This document shows, in pieces, positions 31,905 to 38,687 of a stretch of 39,013 nucleotides of DNA. The stretch spans positions 1 through 39,013 of the forward strand of contig SLAU01000279.1 of assembly GCA_007126675.1 (NCBI GenBank), written 5' to 3'. The notes under the pieces were generated by a model. It worked only from the letters and a program-made list of their open reading frames with translations, was not told where the DNA came from and searched no databases. The translations under genes and the position numbers were made by a program. Every line of letters begins with the position of its first letter. The stretch's first letter is position 1. The DNA is from Balneolaceae bacterium. Its GTDB lineage: Bacteria > Bacteroidota > Rhodothermia > Balneolales > Balneolaceae.

Positions 31905-33104
31905 ATGGCAAAACTAACCCTGAAAGACGTTAACGAATTCAAAAATAAAACCGTACTGATGCGTGTCGATTTCAATGTTCCCGTGAAAGACGGAGTGATT
32001 TCGGACGACAACCGTATCGTACAGGCACTCGAATCGATCAACTATGTGGTTGAGCGTGGTGCGAAATTAATATTAACCAGCCACCTTGGCCGGCCGGCCG
32101 GTGAGCCGTCGCCGGAGTTCAGCCTGAAACCGGTAGCCGATCACCTTGCAACACTGGTGGATGTACCGGTGCACTTTGCGGAAGACTGCATAGGCGATAA
32201 AGCTGACAGCGTAATTGAAAAAGCCGGGTTTGGCGAAATCGTTCTGCTCGAAAATGTGCGTTTTCATAACGGAGAGAAAAAGAACGATCCTGAATTTGCC
32301 AAAAAACTGGCCAAACATGCCGACCTGTTTGTGAACGATGCATTCGGCAGCAGCCACCGCGCCCATGCTTCCGTGGCGGGTGTAACGGAAGTTCTGCAGC
32401 CATCGGTTTCAGGATTCCTGCTTGAAAAAGAGATCCGCTACCTCGAAGAGAGCGTAAACAACCCGAACCATCCTTTTGTAGCGATACTGGGTGGGGCAAA
32501 AGTGTCCGATAAAATTGGGGTGATCGAAAACCTGCTGGATAAGGTGGATACCATTATAATCGGCGGCGGAATGACCTACACATTCTTCAAGGCAAAAGGT
32601 CTGCCGGTTGGAAACTCACTTGTAGAGGAGGATAAAGTTGACCTGGCGAAGGAACTGCTGCAAAAAGCAGAAAAAGCCGGTGTAAATGTGATGCTGCCTG
32701 TTGACTCGGTTGTTGCTAAAGAGTTCAGCAATGACGCCGAGCACAAAGTGGTGCCGCAGGATGGAATCGAGGATGGCTGGATGGCACTTGATATCGGCCC
32801 CGAGTCGGCCATTGCGTTTGGCAACCAGATCAAAAATGCACGAACCGTACTCTGGAATGGACCGATGGGCGTTTTCGAAATGGAGAACTTTGCAGAGGGC
32901 ACATTCACCGTAGCCAAAGCGCTGGCAGAAGCTACTTCATCGTACGGTGCAACCACCATTATCGGCGGCGGTGATTCCGCATCAGCCATTAAAAAATCGG
33001 GGCTGCAGGATAAAGTATCGCACGTATCCACCGGCGGCGGCGCCAGCCTGGAATACCTGGAAGGGAAAGAACTGCCGGGTGTGGCGGCACTAACGGATAA
33101 ATAA
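31905..33104 (+). CDS. pgk: Phosphoglycerate kinase
   Basis: 399 aa with [16 protein letters not shown] and GGGDSA motifs. Confidence 0.96.
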   Translation: MAKLTLKDVNEFKNKTVLMRVDFNVPVKDGVISDDNRIVQALESINYVVERGAKLILTSHLGRPAGEPSPEFSLKPVADHLATLVDVPVHFAEDCIGDKADSVIEKAGFGEIVLLENVRFHNGEKKNDPEFAKKLAKHADLFVNDAFGSSHRAHASVAGVTEVLQPSVSGFLLEKEIRYLEESVNNPNHPFVAILGGAKVSDKIGVIENLLDKVDTIIIGGGMTYTFFKAKGLPVGNSLVEEDKVDLAKELLQKAEKAGVNVMLPVDSVVAKEFSNDAEHKVVPQDGIEDGWMALDIGPESAIAFGNQIKNARTVLWNGPMGVFEMENFAEGTFTVAKALAEATSSYGATTIIGGGDSASAIKKSGLQDKVSHVSTGGGASLEYLEGKELPGVAALTDK

Positions 33105-33214
33105 CCGCGGAGGCGCGGAGAGCGCTGAGAGTGGGGTTTTATGAGTAGGACCTGACAGTGTGGTCTGGTGTTTTTCCAGACCTCCTGTAAGCGTCCGGAA
33201 TTTTTTTTAAACCG

Positions 33215-33521
33215 AAAACTAATCTGCGCACACAAGCGTCTCCGCAGTTAATAGAACGCGGATAGACACGGATCGTGCGGATGCTCGCCGATCAAGAAAA
33301 GATAAATATCAGTGAAGATCAGCCTCATCCGCATGATCGGCGTCCCATCAGCCCGTAAATTTTATCACATTCCCTGTGTTACCACAGTGAAAAACAATCA
33401 GCGCCCACTGCGCCTCCGCGGTAAAAAAAACGCGTATCGTGCAGACAATCACCGATCAAGAAAAACAGTGGCTTACGGTCAATTCTTGCGGATATGAAAT
33501 TATTTTACGTATTTATTTATA
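33215..33521 (+). repeat. Repeat R1: ~307-bp non-coding leader upstream of gene A, homologous to 38687-39013
   Basis: It aligns by eye along its whole length with R2 (aaaacYaatctgcg ... gatcgtgcgga ... gatcaagaaaagataaa ... ccgcatgatcggcgt ... aaattattttacgtattt). It is built internally from two related half-units. Confidence 0.85.
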
Positions 33522-33635
33522 CAAGCATACCGCTTTGTCGGTAATGTCTTCTTCAATTTTTATTATTTGTGATGTAAAACAGTTCAGGCATTTTTAACCG
33601 ACGGGCAGGTTAACCTAATCCCACCGGAGGTTATT

Positions 33636-34370
33636 ATGAAAAAATGGTTGATACTCAATTTCTCTCTCTCTCTCTCTCTCCTGATTGTGCTGCCGGTTTT
33701 CGGGCAGATCACGATCAACGATAATGGTAATGTGGCCATAAAAACGGAAAACACGGTGTCCGTTCGTGCCTTAAATGTTGAGTGCAACGGCAATAACAAT
33801 TGTGGACATACTGGTACCAGGTATGGTATATACTCGATAGCGGATGGTGCCTACGGGTCGTACGGTATTCGCGGACATGCTCAGAACGGCTATGGCGGTT
33901 ATGGGGTGTATGGGTCGGCATCCAACAATACAATCAGCTACGCGGGCTATTTTACCGGGGATGTTTATACTACGGGTGATTATCTGACTTCCGATGAACG
34001 ATTCAAGACCAACATTCGCTCCCTCCATGATGAAAATGTGATGGACAAGCTCGGTCAGTTGACCCCGGCCCGTTTTGAATATTTGGGGGCCGGCGAACTG
34101 CGACAGCAGGGTCTGCCTGAATCACACGCCAAAGTGGGAGAACATCTGGGGATACTGGACGGAGAAGTAGAAAACCTATTCCCGGAACTGGTCCGTGATG
34201 TAGTGCATTTTCTCAATGAAAACGACATAGGCAATGGAAACCCGCCCGATACAGTTATTACCAAAGCCGTCAATTACAACGGATTGATTCCCGTGCTAAT
34301 CACCGCAATACAGGAACAGCAGCAAAAAATAGAGGAACTGGAAGCGCGGATTGAAGCGCTGGAACAATAA
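33636..34370 (+). CDS. Gene A: secreted tail-fibre-domain protein with a Gly/Tyr-rich N-domain and a Peptidase S74 intramolecular-chaperone (self-cleaving) C-domain
   Basis: GGAGG lies 5 nt upstream. The signal peptide is MKKWLILNFSLSLSLLIVLPVFG|Q. The protein has YG-rich repeats and YAGYFTGDVYTTGDYLTSDERFKTNI, with Ser119 and Lys124 in S-x4-K spacing. It also has GILDGEVENLFPELV and a C-terminal coiled coil, AIQEQQQKIEELEARIEALEQ. Confidence 0.8.
   Translation: MKKWLILNFSLSLSLLIVLPVFGQITINDNGNVAIKTENTVSVRALNVECNGNNNCGHTGTRYGIYSIADGAYGSYGIRGHAQNGYGGYGVYGSASNNTISYAGYFTGDVYTTGDYLTSDERFKTNIRSLHDENVMDKLGQLTPARFEYLGAGELRQQGLPESHAKVGEHLGILDGEVENLFPELVRDVVHFLNENDIGNGNPPDTVITKAVNYNGLIPVLITAIQEQQQKIEELEARIEALEQ
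33661..33680 (+). repeat. Perfect (TC)10 dinucleotide microsatellite inside the signal-peptide codons of gene A
   Basis: The sequence tctctctctctctctctctc was read directly. It encodes part of FSLSLSL. Confidence 0.95.
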
Positions 34371-34406
34371 TTGAACCGTAATGGATGAATATTCCGGAGG
34401 TATGAT

Positions 34407-35327
34407 ATGATAGCAGAGAAAAAAACAATATTCGGACTAGTTGCAGCCGCAGCCGTTTTGCTTGCGGCCCTGGCGGTTTCCTGCGGCGACGACCCGGTTA
34501 GCGCCGAACCCGAAGATGAGATTGAGCTTGCCGGTACCTCTTGGAAACTTACTTCTGTTGAATCGGTTTCGGACACACTGTTCGACGGCTACGAAAACGG
34601 CATCTGGCAGGTGCCTGAAACCGCGCAGTATTTGCTGGAATTCACCCCGGACAGTTCCGTGTATGCTTTTCTCTACTGCGAAGAATGTCCGGATGGTGAA
34701 GGCAGCCGGTTTGAAGTTGCCGGGGAAGATTCACTTTCCATAAATCTTATCTGCGAATCCGGCTCAGTTTGCCAGAAAAATATTCCGGTCAGGGAGCGTC
34801 TGGAGTCGGTAGTAACCGTTGAGCAGGTGGGAGAAACCCTGAGAGCCGAATACGTTTTTACAGACGATGAGAATGAAGAGTTCCGGGGAAGGATGCATTT
34901 CAGCCGTGCTGAAAATGTGAGGCCGGAGCCGGTGCCTTTTGAAGTATTAAAACAACAATGGCTGGTTAGAAAATGTGGAATAAATACCGGGAACCTGGAA
35001 TTTGATGAAGAGAATGAAAATCTCAGCCGGTTTGAACTGATCATAACCACACAGGAAGAGTTTGACTACTATATAACTTGCAATGAAGAAACTGGAGTAG
35101 ATATGGATGAATATTTCGTGCTTGCCGGGTTAAGCAGTGTTCATCATAGCTGTGTAGATGTTCCAGAACATACGATTTATCTGCTCAATGATATATTGTA
35201 TTATAGTGTTGCGATAAGAGAAGCAGCGTGTGATATGCCGGAGAGTGCACAGTATATTGTAAGCCTTCCAAGGACCTATCAAGATCATCTGATAGAGTTT
35301 AAAGTATTTTGGAGGGTTTGGTTATGA
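34407..35327 (+). CDS. Gene B: Cys-rich lipoprotein with a META-like N-domain and a PrcB-C-like C-domain (domain calls by eye)
   Basis: GGAGG lies 6 nt upstream and the lipobox is LAVSC|GDDP. The LAGTSWKLTSVE motif is typical of META/HslJ domains. The C-terminal half (ELIITTQEEFDYY...VDMDEYFVLAG...IYLLNDILYYSV...AQYIVSLP...IEFKVF) resembles the PrcB_C pattern. Confidence 0.75.
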   Translation: MIAEKKTIFGLVAAAAVLLAALAVSCGDDPVSAEPEDEIELAGTSWKLTSVESVSDTLFDGYENGIWQVPETAQYLLEFTPDSSVYAFLYCEECPDGEGSRFEVAGEDSLSINLICESGSVCQKNIPVRERLESVVTVEQVGETLRAEYVFTDDENEEFRGRMHFSRAENVRPEPVPFEVLKQQWLVRKCGINTGNLEFDEENENLSRFELIITTQEEFDYYITCNEETGVDMDEYFVLAGLSSVHHSCVDVPEHTIYLLNDILYYSVAIREAACDMPESAQYIVSLPRTYQDHLIEFKVFWRVWL

Positions 35328-37570
35328 AATATTGCCTCTTAATGATAGCTTTTCTGATTACAACTTCAACTGTGCTTTCACAGGAAAGCGGGAATTACTA
35401 TTGGTATAACGGTGAGAAAAAATATTTAGATTTAAAAACAGATGAACACTTTATTTTGCTTGATCAATTTATAGATGTAAACACTTTGATAGCTGAATTT
35501 AATATTGAAAGTGATCGAATCGGAGAGATTAAGAAAGCAAACATCGGTTCCTATATGGTTCCTCGTCAATCGGGAATCGAGTTCAATAATAAAGATTATC
35601 ATTTTCTAATCATTTCAGGGGAAGAAAATAATATTAATCTGAATTCTCCAAAAATTTCTTATCATGCGCCTTTTTTTAAGTCGAAATCCGGAGAAAGGGT
35701 TGGTTTGTCGAATCTGTTTTATGTCCGCCTGCATCGTGAAGGTGATATCAAGATACTCGAAGAACTCGCAGAACAGTATCATGTAGATATACTTGGTAAT
35801 AACTATTACATGCCGTTGTGGTACACTCTGGCATCCAACCGAAGCAGTTCCGGGAATGCACTTGAAATGGCCAACATATTTTATGAAAGCGGTTATTTCA
35901 AAGCTGCACATCCGGATTTTATTTTTTTTAATATGATTAATTCATCGACGGTGAGTGATCCGTTTTTTCTCGATCAATGGAATTTAAACAATACCGGTCA
36001 ATATGGAGTAGGAATTCATGGAGCTGATATTCAAATGATTAATGCATGGGAAATCACAGAGGGGAGGGAAGAAATTATTACAGCTGTAAATGATCGTGGT
36101 ATATCCAAAATCCATCCGGATTTACCAAATATACATCCGGTCAGTTTTGACGCGGAAGGCGGCGTAGGCGAACCGGAACCTCAATCATCGAATGATGATC
36201 CGCCTCCGAGCGTTGTACGCGGTCCGCATGGAACCGCGGTGGCCGGTATTATTGGTGCGATGGCAAATAATGAAGAGGGGATTGCAGGTATTGCACCAAA
36301 TGGTATGCTTATGTCAATCAGCTCGAATATGGAAACGTCTTTTGATGGCGTTATGAAATTCGCATCAGCGATTGAATTTGCATGGGAAAATGGTGCATCT
36401 ATAATCAATAACTCTTGGAGCTTTCATCCTGAATTTGCGTTAGATTGTATGGATGAAGCTATAAATAATGCAATCAATCATGGAAGAAATGGCTTAGGAA
36501 CTGTATTGATATTTTCTACAGGTAATAATGATGGGAATTTAAGGTGGCCTTCAAACAACCCGGATGTCATTGCAGTCGGAGCGTCAAGTATGTGTGATGA
36601 GCGAAAATCACCCACTTCGTGTGATACGGAAAGCGCATGGGGAAGCAATTTTGGAACAGGTCTTGATGTCGTGGCCCCGGGTGTGCTAATACCAACAACA
36701 GATAATGCGTTCGAAGGTTATAATGATGAAATTGATCCAATCGAAATTCATATTATCAATAATGGAACTTTGGTATCAGAAGATTATGAAAATACAAGTT
36801 ACACAATTTGGTTTCATGGTACATCTGCAGCAGCACCTCATGTAGCAGGCATCGCCTCTCTGATGTTATCAATCAATGATGATCTGACTTATGATGAAGT
36901 CCGCTATATCATTGAAAGCTCTGCCGAAAAAGTTGGCGGCTATACGTATACAATGGGCGCCGGTGCACGGCCCGATCTTACCTGGAACGAGGAGATGGGA
37001 TATGGACGGGTGAATGCGTATCGTGCGCTTATAGGAACTATTGAGAACCACGGAGCTACACTGGGAATCGAAAAACCCCTGGTTACCCTGCCCCTGTTTG
37101 AGGATATGGACTTCCACGAAGATGTATACCTGGCAAGCGGCTCTACGCTTACGATCGAAGCAAGGGAAAACCCGGTAACATTAACCTCCAATTCCGGTTC
37201 GGTTACCATCGGTAAACCGGCAACGGGAACTACTCAGGCGAAGCCACTGGCCGGCGGCGGGGATGATTCCGGTGGTGATGTAGATGAGATCGGTTCAGAA
37301 ACGCCTCAGAAGATTGCACTTTCTGCCAACTATCCAAATCCTTTCAACCCGGTTACGACTATCCGTTATGAACTTCCTGTAAACAGCAATGTCCGCCTGG
37401 AAGTGTACGACATCCTCGGACGCCGCGTAGCCGTATTGGTGGAAGGGCTAATAGAATCGGGTGCGCATGAAGTAGCATTCGATGCGTCAAACCTTGCCAG
37501 CGGGGTTTACTTATACCGGCTTTCAACCGCCGATTTTGTACAGACACGGCAGATGGTGCTGGTGAAGTAG
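35324..37570 (+). CDS. Gene C: S8-family serine peptidase (subtilase) with an N-terminal propeptide-like region and a T9SS type-A C-terminal sorting domain
   Basis: The ATG at 35324 lies 7 nt after GGAGGG and overlaps the stop of B (ATGA). The signal peptide is MKYCLLMIAFLITTSTVLSQ. The catalytic triad motifs are AVNDRG (Asp codon 36092-36094), HGTAVAGIIGA and GTSAAAPHVAG. The C-terminus NYPNPFNPVTTIRYELP...GVYLYRL...MVLVK is the T9SS sorting domain. Confidence 0.88.
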   Translation: MKYCLLMIAFLITTSTVLSQESGNYYWYNGEKKYLDLKTDEHFILLDQFIDVNTLIAEFNIESDRIGEIKKANIGSYMVPRQSGIEFNNKDYHFLIISGEENNINLNSPKISYHAPFFKSKSGERVGLSNLFYVRLHREGDIKILEELAEQYHVDILGNNYYMPLWYTLASNRSSSGNALEMANIFYESGYFKAAHPDFIFFNMINSSTVSDPFFLDQWNLNNTGQYGVGIHGADIQMINAWEITEGREEIITAVNDRGISKIHPDLPNIHPVSFDAEGGVGEPEPQSSNDDPPPSVVRGPHGTAVAGIIGAMANNEEGIAGIAPNGMLMSISSNMETSFDGVMKFASAIEFAWENGASIINNSWSFHPEFALDCMDEAINNAINHGRNGLGTVLIFSTGNNDGNLRWPSNNPDVIAVGASSMCDERKSPTSCDTESAWGSNFGTGLDVVAPGVLIPTTDNAFEGYNDEIDPIEIHIINNGTLVSEDYENTSYTIWFHGTSAAAPHVAGIASLMLSINDDLTYDEVRYIIESSAEKVGGYTYTMGAGARPDLTWNEEMGYGRVNAYRALIGTIENHGATLGIEKPLVTLPLFEDMDFHEDVYLASGSTLTIEARENPVTLTSNSGSVTIGKPATGTTQAKPLAGGGDDSGGDVDEIGSETPQKIALSANYPNPFNPVTTIRYELPVNSNVRLEVYDILGRRVAVLVEGLIESGAHEVAFDASNLASGVYLYRLSTADFVQTRQMVLVK

Positions 37571-37623
37571 TAGATTTGAAAATTAGTTGATCAGGGAATC
37601 AGGGACCTGTCAGCACCCACCGG

Positions 37624-37660
37624 ATCTGACAGCGTCCCGGGTTCGAATTCAGATTTTTTT
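37624..37660 (+). terminator. Possible weak intrinsic terminator after gene C
   Basis: A 6-bp stem atctga (37624-37629) / tcagat (37649-37654) is followed by a T7 run ending at 37660. The stem is short and the loop is large. Confidence 0.35.
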
Positions 37661-37662
37661 AG

Positions 37663-37722
37663 CAGGAACAGCAGCAAACAATCGAGCAACTGGAAGCGTG
37701 GATTGAAGCGCTGGAACAATAA
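37663..37722 (+). pseudogene. Remnant of the last 19 codons of a gene-A paralogue
   Basis: caggaacagcagcaaacaatcgagcaactggaagcgtggattgaagcgctggaacaataa matches 34311-34370 (QEQQQTIEQLEAWIEALEQ* against QEQQQKIEELEARIEALEQ*). An in-frame TAG lies immediately upstream. Confidence 0.7.
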
Positions 37723-37768
37723 ATCGAACCGAAACGGATTGAATGGAGTAACACTCCGGAGGCCTTCT

Positions 37769-38687
37769 ATGGATGCAGAGAGTAAAACAACAATTGGATT
37801 TGTGGCAGCCGCATCAATCGCACTGATGACGATACTTGTGATTTCCTGCGGGGACGATCCCGTACAGCCGGGCGCAGACCCGATACCGGATCTTGCCGGA
37901 ACCGCCTGGAAACTGACAACCGTTGAATCGATCTCCGACACGTTGTTCGACAGCTACGAAAACGGCACATGGCAGGTGCCCGATGAAGAGCAGTACCTGA
38001 TTGAATTTACGGCAGACAGCTCCCTGTTTGCTTTTCTTTATTGCGAGGAGTGTCCGGATAGTGAAGAGAGCCGTTTTGAAGTTGCCGGTGAGGATTCGGT
38101 TTCTATAAATCTGAACTGTGAATCCCGTTCTGTTTGCCAGAAAAATATACCGGTCAGAGAACGCCTGGAGTCGGTAGTAACCGTTGAGCAGGAAAATGAA
38201 ACCCTGATAGCAGAATACGTTTTTACAGGCGATGAGAGTGAAGAGTTCCGGGGAAGGATGCATTTCAGCCGTGCTCATAATGTGAGACCGGAGTCGGTGC
38301 CTTTTGAAGTATTAAGAGGGCAATGGCCGGTATGGAACTGCGGGTTTAATGCCGGGAATCTGGAATTAGATGATGACAATGAAAACCTTAGCCAGCTTGA
38401 ACTGATTATAACCACACAGGAAGAGTTTGACCACTATATAACCTGCAATGAAGAAACCGAAGTGGACATGGAGGAATACTTTGTGCTTGCCGGTTATAGC
38501 AGGATGCATCATAGCTGTGTCTATATTTCAGGACATACGGTGTATCTGCTTAATGATATATTGTATTATAGTGTTAAGTGAAGCAGCGTGTCACGTTCCG
38601 GAGAGAGCACGTTATATGGTACGTCTTTCCAGGGTGTACCTGGACCATCCGATTGAATTTAAAGTATTTTGGAGGACTTGGATGTAA
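37769..38687 (+). pseudogene. Gene B2: diverged paralogue of lipoprotein B, disrupted by a 5-nt indel with a TGA at 38579-38581
   Basis: GGAGG lies 6 nt upstream of the ATG at 37769 and the lipobox is LVISC|GDDP. B2 is colinear with B throughout. After ...LNDILYYSVK* the homology continues in the +1 frame (EAACHVPERARYMVRLSRVYLDHPIEFKVFWRTWM*) up to 38687. Confidence 0.7.

Noticed and set aside
33312-33497. A 61-aa ORF inside repeat R1. A shorter open frame occurs at the equivalent place in R2.
   Set aside because: The differences between R1 and R2 are not biased towards third codon positions. The R2 frame ends early at the hairpin insertion, and the peptide is basic low-complexity sequence. 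The region behaves as non-coding repeat.
34274-34576. A pair of similar antisense ORFs (34274-34576 minus and 37591-37941 minus) that look conserved.
   Set aside because: Their similarity follows automatically from lying antisense to the duplicated A-tail/B segment. They span the intergenic spacer and have no start context or motifs. There is no independent coding evidence.
37635-37655. A tRNA-like T-arm string (cccgggttcgaattc) after gene C, which could have marked a tRNA fragment or integration att site.
   Set aside because: The bases after the ttcgaat loop (tcaga) do not pair with cccgg. No acceptor or anticodon arms can be drawn, and no integrase is present. It is more likely chance overlap of cccggg and ttcgaa palindromes.
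34407-38687. B and B2 as the template and variable repeats of a diversity-generating retroelement.
   Set aside because: There is no reverse transcriptase in the window. Differences between B and B2 are spread along the whole gene, involve all four bases and include indels, rather than adenine-specific substitutions in a short C-terminal region.
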